Assembly (NCBI GenBank): GCA_903915735.1
Contig: CAIWUA010000047.1
Span: forward strand, 1-33,127
Direction: 5' to 3'
DNA from: Candidatus Adlerbacteria bacterium
GTDB lineage: Bacteria; Patescibacteriota; Minisyncoccia; Phycocordibacterales; SBAW01
DNA: 33,127 bases
In this document: piece by piece, positions 1 through 7,486 of the stretch
How positions within the stretch are numbered: the stretch's first letter is position 1
How the letters are laid out: each line of letters begins with the position of its first letter
Translations under genes and position numbers: made by a program
The notes under the pieces: generated by a model
Database searches by the model: none
Told to the model about the DNA's origin: nothing
The model's input: only the letters and a program-made list of their open reading frames with translations

Positions 1-1
1 A

Positions 2-316
2 ATATCGGCCGAGCTGTACCGCCCCCACCTGCAAAAGACCATCTACCTGCTCGACGAGCCGACCGTAGGCTTGCATTACGAAGACGTGCGCAAGCTTATC
101 GACATACTCAACAAGCTGGTGGCGGCGGGCAACTCGGTGGTGCTTATCGAGCACAATATGGATATCATCAAGTCGGCCGACTATCTGCTCGACTTTGGCC
201 CCGAGGGCGGGGTAGGGGGCGGCAACTTGGTAGCCAAGGGCACGCCCGAGGAGGTGGCCAATAACAAGCACTCGCACACCGGCACCTACCTCCGGCGCGT
301 ACTGAAGGGTCGCTAA
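2..316 (+). CDS. uvrA: Excinuclease ABC subunit A, C-terminal end (partial; runs off the left edge)
   Basis: Frame open from position 2: [13 protein letters not shown] (Walker B), [19 protein letters not shown] and GTPEEVA...SHTG.YL are the UvrA C-terminal ABC motifs. Confidence 0.95.
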   Translation: MSAELYRPHLQKTIYLLDEPTVGLHYEDVRKLIDILNKLVAAGNSVVLIEHNMDIIKSADYLLDFGPEGGVGGGNLVAKGTPEEVANNKHSHTGTYLRRVLKGR

Positions 317-324
317 CCAATCGT

Positions 325-1578
325 ATGACACTCGAGCAATTTAAAAAAAAGGCTGCAAAAATCCCGGATGCGCCCGGGGTGTACTTTTTTTTGGCGAAAA
401 ATAAAAAGATACTGTACATCGGCAAAGCCACTAGCTTGCGTGACCGCGTGCGCAGCTATTTTGCCGGTGATTTGCATCAGGTGCGATCGCCGCTTATTGC
501 CAACATGGTCGAAAAGGCGGCTTCGATAGACTGGCGGCAAACCGACTCGGTGCTCGAGGCGTTGATACTTGAGGCAAATTTAATCAAGACCTACAAACCC
601 GCAGCAAATACTGACCTTAAAGACGATAAAAGCTTTAACTATGTAGTGGTCACGCAAGAGGATTATCCTCGCGTGCTAGTTGTCCGTGGCAGGGATTTGA
701 AAATTGAAAATTTAAAATTGAAAAATATTTTCGGTCCCTTCCCGCACGGGCTGCAGCTGCAGCAGGCGATGAAGTTGGTGCGCAAAATATTCCCATACCG
801 CGACAAATGTTTACCCTGCGAAGCCTTGGCGAAGAAGGGCGTGCGATGCAAACGTTGCTTTAACGCGCAAATAGGCTTGTGCCCCGGCGTGTGCTCGGGC
901 GAAACCAGCAAAGCCGAGTATGCTAAGACGGTGCGGCATATCGTGCTGCTCTTTAAGGGTAAAAAGAAAGAGCTTATAAAAGAGCTCGGCCGCGAGATGA
1001 AGCGCGCCGCTAAAGAAGAAAAGTTTGAAGAGGCCAAGCAGTTGCGTGGGCAGGTGTTTGCGCTCGGTCATATCCAAGACGTGTCTCTTATTAAAGACGA
1101 GTATCGAAACCCTCGGACATCCGATGTCCGAACTTTTAGAATCGAGGCCTATGATGTTGCGCACTTGCGCGGCGGCAGCAATGTCGGCGTGATGACGGTG
1201 GTCGAGGACGGGACGCCAAACAAAAAAGAGTACCGCAAATTTATCATCCGCACCGCCAAAGGTGGTGATGACGTCGGCGCGCTTAAAGAAATTTTGAGTC
1301 GTCGGTTGGGACACAACGAGTGGCCGCTACCGCGCTTGGTGGTGGTAGACGGCGCCACCGCGCAAATAAAGGCAGCCGAAAAGCTGCTTGAGTCGCTGGG
1401 GATAAAAATCCCCGTGGTCGGTGTAGTGAAGGACGAAAAGCATCGCCCGCGCGAGCTGCGCGGCGACAAAACAATAATCAAAGACCGCGAAAGGGATATC
1501 TTGCTGGCCAACGCCGAGGCCCACCGCTTTGCCATTGGCTATCACCGCAAAACCCTACGAAAAAGAGGGTATAATTAA
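325..1578 (+). CDS. uvrC: Excinuclease ABC subunit C (short form, no C-terminal HhH domain)
   Basis: GIY-YIG domain (PGVY...LYIGKA.SLRDRVRSYF), Cys-rich segment, UVR domain (EKFEEAKQLR), RNase H-like domain (RIEAYDVAH, VVDG, EAHRFAI). Follows uvrA. Confidence 0.93.
   Translation: MTLEQFKKKAAKIPDAPGVYFFLAKNKKILYIGKATSLRDRVRSYFAGDLHQVRSPLIANMVEKAASIDWRQTDSVLEALILEANLIKTYKPAANTDLKDDKSFNYVVVTQEDYPRVLVVRGRDLKIENLKLKNIFGPFPHGLQLQQAMKLVRKIFPYRDKCLPCEALAKKGVRCKRCFNAQIGLCPGVCSGETSKAEYAKTVRHIVLLFKGKKKELIKELGREMKRAAKEEKFEEAKQLRGQVFALGHIQDVSLIKDEYRNPRTSDVRTFRIEAYDVAHLRGGSNVGVMTVVEDGTPNKKEYRKFIIRTAKGGDDVGALKEILSRRLGHNEWPLPRLVVVDGATAQIKAAEKLLESLGIKIPVVGVVKDEKHRPRELRGDKTIIKDRERDILLANAEAHRFAIGYHRKTLRKRGYN
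697..724 (+). repeat. Heptamer tandem array (TTGAAAA)x4 inside uvrC
   Basis: TTGAAAA TTGAAAA TTTAAAA TTGAAAA, encoding LKIENLKLK. Reverse-complement family of the leuS array at 20353-20380. Confidence 0.85.
814..839 (+). repeat. 26-bp hairpin element (EALAKKG type) inside uvrC
   Basis: CCCTGCGAAGCCTTGGCGAAGAAGGG; 25/26 identical to 30804-30829 in ung. Confidence 0.9.
1113..1131. repeat. Palindromic element GGACATC-S-GATGTCC, copy 1 (inside uvrC)
   Basis: TCGGACATC-C-GATGTCCGA, 9-bp arms, encodes RTSDVR. Confidence 0.95.
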
Positions 1579-1581
1579 AAG

Positions 1582-2478
1582 ATGAGAACCGTGGTTGCGG
1601 TGTTGCGCGGCGGGCCGAGTAATGAGTATGACGTATCGCTCAAGACGGGGGCGAGCGTGCTTGGTGCACTCGACAAAGACAAGTACGAGGCGCGCGATAT
1701 TTTTATATCGCGCGGTGGCGTGTGGCACCTGCACGGCATCGAGATACATCCCGAGCGCGCCTTGCGCGGCGTCGACGTGGCCTTTAACGCGATGCATGGT
1801 GAGTATGGCGAGGACGGTGCGGCGCAGCGCTTGCTCGACAGTCTAGGTGTGGCATATACCGGCTCGGGCGCGCACCCGTCGGCGGTGGCTTTTGACAAGC
1901 ATCGCACGCGCGAGGCGGTCAAAAACCTGGGGGTAAAAATAGCCCATGGCAGGGTAGTGGATAATAGCGGCAGTGTCGAGAGTCTGGCGCACGAGCTCTT
2001 TCGTAGCTTCCCGCATCCGGCGATAATTAAGCCGGTCAGTGGCGGCTCATCTATAGGGATAGCGGTTGCAGAAAACTTTCATTCTCTGCAATGGGCTCTT
2101 GAGTGTGCATTCGAAATATCACCGCAGATATTGGTCGAAGAATATATAAAAGGCCGCGACGCAACAGTGGGTGTTATTGATAATTTTAGGAACGAAAAAA
2201 CATACACCACGATCCCGGTGCCGGTCAATTTTACCGAGCAAGAAAAAAATATATTAACCAATACAGCCCGCGCCGTGCACGAGGGGCTTGGGCTGGCGCA
2301 TTACTCGCGTTCTGACTTTATCGTCAGCCCGCGCGGCATCTACTTTTTAGAGGTCAACACCTTGCCGGGGCTTACCACCGAGTCGCTGCTCCCCAAAGCG
2401 CTCGAGGCCGGCGGGACCAAACTGTCGCATTTTCTCGACCATGTCATTTCGTTGGCGCGTGGTAGAAAACAAGCATGA
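1582..2478 (+). CDS. ddl: D-alanine--D-alanine ligase family ATP-grasp protein (omega loop apparently deleted)
   Basis: GGPSNEYDVS, HGEYGEDG, IIKP..GGSSIG, EEYI, SRSDF and LEVNTLPG motifs. Confidence 0.9.
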   Translation: MRTVVAVLRGGPSNEYDVSLKTGASVLGALDKDKYEARDIFISRGGVWHLHGIEIHPERALRGVDVAFNAMHGEYGEDGAAQRLLDSLGVAYTGSGAHPSAVAFDKHRTREAVKNLGVKIAHGRVVDNSGSVESLAHELFRSFPHPAIIKPVSGGSSIGIAVAENFHSLQWALECAFEISPQILVEEYIKGRDATVGVIDNFRNEKTYTTIPVPVNFTEQEKNILTNTARAVHEGLGLAHYSRSDFIVSPRGIYFLEVNTLPGLTTESLLPKALEAGGTKLSHFLDHVISLARGRKQA

Positions 2479-2807
2479 CCAAGCTGGCTAAAAAAAAGTG
2501 CAAGCCGTGCGAGGGCTGCGTCGACCCGCTGTACCCCGAGCAGTCCGAGGTGCTCTTAAAGCAGCTTAACCCCGAGTGGATGCTCATCGACCAGTGCCGC
2601 ATGCTGGCGCGTACATTTATCTTTAAAGATTTTAAACAGGCGCTCGCCTTTGCCAATAAGGTGGGCGCCATTGCCGAAGAGGAGGGTCACCATCCCGACC
2701 TCACCATAGGCTACGGCAATGTCGGGGTCGAGCTAACCACCCACGCCCTGGGTGGCCTCTCCGAAAACGATTTCATAGTGGCAGCCAAGATAGACGAAAT
2801 AAAATAA
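2475..2807 (+). CDS. phhB: Pterin-4-alpha-carbinolamine dehydratase
   Basis: AEEEGHHPDL, LTTHALGGLSENDFIVAAKID, N-terminal CKPCEG. ATGA overlap with ddl. Confidence 0.9.
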   Translation: MTKLAKKKCKPCEGCVDPLYPEQSEVLLKQLNPEWMLIDQCRMLARTFIFKDFKQALAFANKVGAIAEEEGHHPDLTIGYGNVGVELTTHALGGLSENDFIVAAKIDEIK

Positions 2808-2811
2808 CTCA

Positions 2812-2835
2812 GTAGTTAACTACGTAGTTAATTAC
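2812..2835. repeat. Tandem 12-mer palindrome forming a 24-bp near-perfect inverted repeat
   Basis: GTAGTTAACTAC GTAGTTAATTAC, lying between the convergent phhB and tRNA-Ala. Confidence 0.75.
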
Positions 2836-2842
2836 ATACTTG

Positions 2843-2915
2843 TGGACCCAACCGGGATCGAACCGGTCACCTCCTCATTGCAAATGAGGCGCTCTACCAA
2901 ATGAGCTATGGGCCC
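2843..2915 (-). tRNA. tRNA-Ala(TGC)
   Basis: Minus strand GGGCCCATAGCTCATTTGGTAGAGCG-CCTCA TTTGCAA TGAGG-...GGTTCGATCCC...TGGGTCCA. G3:U70 pair present; CCA not encoded. Confidence 0.97.
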
Positions 2916-2943
2916 TTATTAGATACTCTACCGTTTTTTGGGC

Positions 2944-2974
2944 AAAATAAAAAGCGCCCCCAGTTGGGGAGCGC
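2944..2974 (-). terminator. Intrinsic terminator for the 2981..3628 gene
   Basis: GCGCCCCC/GGGGAGCGC hairpin next to an A-tract (U-tract on the minus strand). Confidence 0.65.
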
Positions 2975-2980
2975 GTAATG

Positions 2981-3628
2981 TCAGGCAGGTTCTGGGCCAA
3001 ACGTGCCGCCTTTCGACCGGATGATGCTTTCGGCAGAAGGCATAGCCGGTGTCGGTGGTTCGGCCATGCGATTAAGCGCGGCTAGTACCCGTAGTCGGCG
3101 GAAGTGATGCCGCAACGGGGCCCAGACGAAAACATTCGACAGGCCGACTAATCCCAAAGCCAAAAACAAGTACGCGGACCAGTCATCGAACCCGAACCGC
3201 AGTAATCCGGCAATGCCTAAGACTAGGCAGAATCCGAGACCCGCGACGTCTTTAGGTCTTAAGGATTTTATTTCTGCCCAAGCTGACCATGGTTTTGTCC
3301 GCTCTTTTGCCAACCATATAACGTGTAGTGTTGGAGGATTAAGGAGCGGGTGAAAAGCCATCAACTTTTTGTCGGGTGTGATACCGAGAACGTAATAGAC
3401 CGAACCCCGCATAGGTTTGGGCTCGGCATAGATCACGACCTGATCGAGCAGGTTGCCGTGTTCGGTGAGATTGTAGTTGATGGCAAAGCGGACTTCTGAC
3501 GGCAGTCTGGCAAACTGCGCAAACGAACCGCGGCCACGAAAGGTAAAAGTGCTTTGTTTAAACGGCTCAAGCGCCGCTTGTACCACCGTCGCCTCGTCAT
3601 CGCTCAGGTAGCGCGCTATTTCGGTCAT
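2981..3628 (-). CDS. Hypothetical membrane protein (two C-terminal TM helices)
   Basis: 215-aa ORF, SD-like GGGAG upstream of ATG, hydrophobic hairpin, own terminator. No family recognised. Confidence 0.75.
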   Translation of the reverse strand: MTEIARYLSDDEATVVQAALEPFKQSTFTFRGRGSFAQFARLPSEVRFAINYNLTEHGNLLDQVVIYAEPKPMRGSVYYVLGITPDKKLMAFHPLLNPPTLHVIWLAKERTKPWSAWAEIKSLRPKDVAGLGFCLVLGIAGLLRFGFDDWSAYLFLALGLVGLSNVFVWAPLRHHFRRLRVLAALNRMAEPPTPAMPSAESIIRSKGGTFGPEPA

Positions 3629-3716
3629 GGCCGTCTCCCTTTTGTTACAAGTTGCGTCTGCAAAAAGTTAACCACATTTGTCGAGGTTAGACAATGTTTG
3701 CTATGATGCAACCACC

Positions 3717-3790
3717 GCACCTTTAGCTCAGCTGGTTAGAGCGCTGTACTCACACTACAGAGGTCTCAGGTTCGAATCCTGAAAGGTGCA
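3717..3790 (+). tRNA. tRNA-Val(CAC)
   Basis: GCACCTT acceptor pairs with AAGGTGC-A; anticodon arm CTGTA CTCACAC TACAG; GGTTCGAATCC T-arm. Confidence 0.95.
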
Positions 3791-3791
3791 C

Positions 3792-3820
3792 TTGACAGGA
3801 ATAGCAAAGGGGTGTATAAT
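3792..3820 (+). promoter_or_regulatory. Consensus sigma70 promoter
   Basis: TTGACA (3792-3797), 17-bp spacer, TATAAT (3815-3820): a perfect match. Confidence 0.85.
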
Positions 3821-3871
3821 GGCAACACCTCAGTTTGCGCAGTGCAGCTGATGAAATGAAAGGTCTTTCTA

Positions 3872-4033
3872 ATGTTGCCATCAACAAACCAGAGCGGGGC
3901 CTCTGGTAAAACACAGACCCCTAATCCGGCTGTCTGCAACTGTTGCGGTCGTCGCAAGCGTCTGGTCGAAGGGGTTTTGGTCTGCGCAGTCTGCGAGTCG
4001 GACAAGGCGCAGGAACCGGATCGCCAACGGTAG
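3872..4033 (+). CDS. Small zinc-ribbon-like protein, 53 aa (below the ORF track cutoff)
   Basis: MLPSTNQSGASGKTQTPNPAVCNCCGRRKRLVEGVLVCAVCESDKAQEPDRQR*; two CxxC knuckles; AAAGG upstream; lies between a perfect promoter and a terminator. Confidence 0.65.
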   Translation: MLPSTNQSGASGKTQTPNPAVCNCCGRRKRLVEGVLVCAVCESDKAQEPDRQR

Positions 4034-4087
4034 TCGGGGATAAAAATATTGTAAAAAGTGCGTGATGGCAGGGAGAAACGTCAAACG

Positions 4088-4122
4088 GGGTCGAGCTACT
4101 ATGCTCGACCCTTTCGCTTTTT
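4088..4122 (+). terminator. Intrinsic terminator
   Basis: GGGTCGAGC-tactat-GCTCGACCC followed by TTTCGCTTTTT. Confidence 0.8.
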
Positions 4123-4148
4123 ATTGCTATATTTGGGCTTACAGATTT

Positions 4149-4219
4149 CGGGCTGTAGTATACCGGTAGTACGCGCGCTTCGGGTGCGTGAAGACTGGGT
4201 TCGATTCCCAGCAGCCCGA
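4149..4219 (+). tRNA. tRNA-Pro(CGG)
   Basis: CGGGCTG/CAGCCCG-A acceptor; anticodon arm CGCGC TTCGGGT GCGTG; GGTTCGATTCC. Confidence 0.95.
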
Positions 4220-4245
4220 CAAGATGATATAGTTTTTTAGTTTAG

Positions 4246-4319
4246 GGGCCCGTAGTTAAGTGGTACAACGCTGCATTCGCATTGCAGAGGCGCGAGTTCG
4301 ATTCTCGCCGGGTCCACCA
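4246..4319 (+). tRNA. tRNA-Ala(CGC)
   Basis: GGGCCCG/CGGGTCC-A-CCA; anticodon arm CTGCA TTCGCAT TGCAG; G3:U70. Confidence 0.95.
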
Positions 4320-5111
4320 TTAGTAGTGTTCGGCTTTTCCGCGCCTAAAGACGCGATATAGGTACAAGTTGTACGCCATTACTATCGGTAAGAGCGGCAC
4401 TATCCCGTAGAGCATAAAGGTTAATGTTTTTGCCGAGGCGGCCGCATCGGTAATGGTTAAGCTGCCGGGGATCAAATAAGGATGCACGCTTAAGGCTACG
4501 ACGCAGGTGTTGACTACAAATGCACTAAGGAGGATGGTGTACAAATGGGTGCGCCAGCCGCGTGTGTTGGATGTTTTTTTAAGCAAATACGCATAGCCCA
4601 TCGCGCTGTACCCGACGATGATCCCCAGGGTGATAAAAAAGGTGAGCGGGGTCACCCAATCAAAAGGGCCGCCGGCAAACTGACCGTTACTAATGGTAAT
4701 GCCGCCCAAGAGTCCGCCGAGCGCTGCGCCTTGGCCGATAATTGCGAGCAAGCTCCCTAACCCAAACAGCAGACTCCAAAACCGCTTGCGCCGCGCAAGA
4801 GCGTGGAACTCAAACGAGGCTGCGCGGATAATAAGCCCAAAGAGTGTGAGCATAACGGGGACATATAGTGCGTTGAGTATGATCGAGTATCCAAGCGGGA
4901 AGGCTCCAAACAGCGTCCCGCCCGCGATAACCAACCAGGTTTCGTTGGCGTCCCAAATAGGGCCGATGGTTTGCATCATGAGCGACCTGCCCGACTCTTT
5001 GTTGGGCAAGAGTGAGAGGAACCCAAGCCCCAGGTCGGCGCCATCGAGCAGCACATACAAAGCCACCTCAAGACACACAATGCCAAACCAAATAGTCGGG
5101 AGGTTTATCAT
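4320..5111 (-). CDS. cydB: Cytochrome bd ubiquinol oxidase subunit II (shortened, 263 aa)
   Basis: YVLLDGADLG, IGPIWDANETWLV..GG.LFGAFP, IIRAASFEF and C-terminal Y..Y.YRVFR motifs. Overlaps the cydA stop. Confidence 0.93.
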   Translation of the reverse strand: MINLPTIWFGIVCLEVALYVLLDGADLGLGFLSLLPNKESGRSLMMQTIGPIWDANETWLVIAGGTLFGAFPLGYSIILNALYVPVMLTLFGLIIRAASFEFHALARRKRFWSLLFGLGSLLAIIGQGAALGGLLGGITISNGQFAGGPFDWVTPLTFFITLGIIVGYSAMGYAYLLKKTSNTRGWRTHLYTILLSAFVVNTCVVALSVHPYLIPGSLTITDAAASAKTLTFMLYGIVPLLPIVMAYNLYLYRVFRRGKAEHY

Positions 5112-6418
5112 ATTTTTGTCTCAAACTCGGGCCCGGTTTTGACGATGCGGTAGGTAAAATAAATAAACAGCGCGCCGAAAGCCAAATACATAAGCGTAAA
5201 TATGACGGTGGTAGCGGCGACGGTGGCCGGGTTGAGATTGCTCGAGACCCCCGCGCTCGTGCGCATGAGGTGGTAGACCACCCACGGTTGGCGGCCTATC
5301 TCGCGGACCATCCAGCCGGCCTCGGTTGCAACAAACCCAAGCGGCATGGCAAGCACCCATAGCCACAAGAATGCGCGGGTCTGAAGTTTATTTTTGTACC
5401 AGCACCACACGCCTGCGGCCATAAGAAAAAATAATATAAATCCGATACCCACCATCAGGCGGAACGACCAAAAGACTATAGTTGCCTCGGTGTCGATTGG
5501 GCGATCGTCGGCTGCAAAGTCGTTGAGGCCTTGTACGCGGCCGGTCGGGGAGTCGGTGAGCAGCATACTAAGACCGTTTGGTATAGACACCCCAGGCACT
5601 AACACAAGCGGCGCACCTTGGCCTGCCGGGTTGGTGTCAGAGTGCATCTCAAAGGCGGCGACCTTTTGGGGTTGATACTTAATTGCCACCAATCCGCTCA
5701 TGTGGCCGATTGCCAACTGCAGCGGCACCACGGCAATAGCAAGCACTAAACAGTATTTAAACGTATCCAAAAAGAAGTTCTTTTTTGCACTGTCTGCTTT
5801 CGACAAAAGTACGAGCGCGCAAATACCCGCCATCATAAACAAAGTTGTTTCGACGCAGGCGACCCACATGTGTGCAAACGACACGAGCGTGTCGGGGTTA
5901 AATATAGCGGCGCTGTAGTTTGAGACTATAAGTTTGCCGCCTTCGACGACGACGCCAACCGGCACTTGCATCCACGAGTTGGCGGCCATGATCCAAAACG
6001 CCGACAATGTCGCGCCGACAAAAATCATCGCGTTGGCAAACAGGTGCACCCCGCGACTAACCCGCTGCCATCCAAAAACAAAGATGCCAAGAAAAGCGGC
6101 CTCAAGCGCAAAGGCGACGGTCGACTCAAACCCTAGTACGTTGCCAAAAAAGTCGCCCGCTGCGCTGCTAAACGCCGCCCAGTTGGTGCCAAACTCAAAC
6201 TCAAGCGGGATACCACTCACGGTGCCTATGGCAAAAGTCAGGATAAAAATTTTAGTCCAAAAACGCAGTTGCCGATAGTAACGCTCGTCGTTGGTGTACA
6301 GCCACAGCGCCTCCATCACGAGCATAAATAACGACAGGCCGATCGACATAATCGGCCAAAGGATATGAAAAGCCGCTGTGTCGCCAAACTGCAGGCGCGA
6401 AAAAGCTAAGACGTCCAT
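5108..6418 (-). CDS. cydA: Cytochrome bd ubiquinol oxidase subunit I (short Q-loop type)
   Basis: SRLQF...FH (heme His), FEFGTNW, LSAFWIMAANSWMQ.P, FAHM, QPQKVAAFE, FRLMVG and EAGWMVREIGRQPW motifs. Confidence 0.96.
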   Translation of the reverse strand: MDVLAFSRLQFGDTAAFHILWPIMSIGLSLFMLVMEALWLYTNDERYYRQLRFWTKIFILTFAIGTVSGIPLEFEFGTNWAAFSSAAGDFFGNVLGFESTVAFALEAAFLGIFVFGWQRVSRGVHLFANAMIFVGATLSAFWIMAANSWMQVPVGVVVEGGKLIVSNYSAAIFNPDTLVSFAHMWVACVETTLFMMAGICALVLLSKADSAKKNFFLDTFKYCLVLAIAVVPLQLAIGHMSGLVAIKYQPQKVAAFEMHSDTNPAGQGAPLVLVPGVSIPNGLSMLLTDSPTGRVQGLNDFAADDRPIDTEATIVFWSFRLMVGIGFILFFLMAAGVWCWYKNKLQTRAFLWLWVLAMPLGFVATEAGWMVREIGRQPWVVYHLMRTSAGVSSNLNPATVAATTVIFTLMYLAFGALFIYFTYRIVKTGPEFETKI

Positions 6419-6427
6419 GTACTGAAT

Positions 6428-6437
6428 ATGCTAGCAT
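6428..6437. promoter_or_regulatory. Putative bidirectional extended -10 element (palindrome ATGCTAGCAT)
   Basis: Reads TGcTAGCAT on both strands, 8 nt from ATG 6446 and 9 nt from the cydA ATG, in a 27-bp divergent gap. Confidence 0.55.
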
Positions 6438-6445
6438 GACCAGCG

Positions 6446-6937
6446 ATGACCTTAACGACCCACGCTATAGTCGGCGCCGCGGCGGCAAGTTTTTTCCCAA
6501 CCATGCCGTACGCCGCGTTTGCCGCGGGGTTTGCAAGCCATTTGTTAATAGACAGTCTGCCGCATTGGGATGAAGGTTCGGCCGTGTTGCGCTCGATGCG
6601 TATCGACCCCCAAGGTCGTCGAGATATGAAGATAGGGAAGAGTTTTGTACTTGATCTTTTGTATTTAGCGGCGGAGAGTTTTGTCGGTTTAGCGGCCGGT
6701 ATTTTATTTTTTTCGGTGTGGCTGCAGGTACCGCTTGCTATCGTGCTTGTTGGTGTAGTGGCCGGCCTTTTACCCGACGCGCTGCATTTTGTATATTTTA
6801 AAACACGGTCAGTGCTTTTGCGCGACTTTGAGCGCTTTCATGCCTATATTCAACACGAGTACACAAACAAACTCTATCTTTTGGTAGAGGCGGCGTTGGT
6901 GGCCGGGGCGGTTGTGCTGCGCGCTGCTATTGGTTAG
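6446..6937 (+). CDS. Membrane protein resembling membrane-bound metal-dependent hydrolases
   Basis: N-terminal TTHAIVG, SHLLIDSLPHWD, GLLPD and FHAYIQH His/Asp motifs within hydrophobic helices. Confidence 0.7.
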   Translation: MTLTTHAIVGAAAASFFPTMPYAAFAAGFASHLLIDSLPHWDEGSAVLRSMRIDPQGRRDMKIGKSFVLDLLYLAAESFVGLAAGILFFSVWLQVPLAIVLVGVVAGLLPDALHFVYFKTRSVLLRDFERFHAYIQHEYTNKLYLLVEAALVAGAVVLRAAIG

Positions 6938-7382
6938 AGGCTTGATCAAACAAACTGTGTATATAGGCAGTAAAGGCCGCCGGAGCCTGGGCAAGGTTTG
7001 TCGTGTGCTGCACCAGCACACTTTGGAAGCGAGACGCAAGGTCGCTCGCTCGGGCATCTTCGCCTACTGCTTTAAGCAGGGTTACGCGGTCTGAAATGTG
7101 TTGGACATGTATACGCAGGCTGGTCATGATGTTTTGTTGCGCAGCACTGTCGAGCTTGTCGTGCGAGGCGAGTGCCTGCGCTTCGTCGAGCCGCACGGTC
7201 ACGACCGAAAGATCCCAGTTTGCTTTAGCGTCGCCTCCTTGAGCGAGCACCCCCTCGACGTTTTCGTTAATATCAGTTTTAAAGCCCCACAACGGGTCGC
7301 CGGGGAGCGCATGATCGGCCAGCAAGGCGGTACCACCACCAAGCGCCGCTGCAATAATAAGAGCAATAACTATCGCGGGCAT
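6927..7382 (-). CDS. DUF5667-like secreted/anchored helical protein
   Basis: N-terminal hydrophobic segment followed by ALPGDPLWGFK..NE and RLDEA motifs. Confidence 0.75.
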   Translation of the reverse strand: MPAIVIALIIAAALGGGTALLADHALPGDPLWGFKTDINENVEGVLAQGGDAKANWDLSVVTVRLDEAQALASHDKLDSAAQQNIMTSLRIHVQHISDRVTLLKAVGEDARASDLASRFQSVLVQHTTNLAQAPAAFTAYIHSLFDQASNQ

Positions 7383-7486
7383 ACCCTTAAGTATAACTGG
7401 ATATTAAATGGTGGGGATATAGATATTGACTAATTGTGTTGAAGTTGTACTATTCTCTCCAGAATCTTTGACCAAGGGAGGGAAGT

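Noticed and set aside
3819-3881. 9-bp inverted repeat ATGGCAACA/TGTTGCCAT that could hide the 3872 start codon
   Set aside because: The left arm overlaps the -10 box and lies mostly upstream of the predicted transcription start, so it would not be in the RNA.
3841-3882. CTGATGA...GAAA resembling a hammerhead ribozyme core
   Set aside because: Only 3 nt lie between CUGAUGA and GAAA (no stem II), and stem I pairing is poor.
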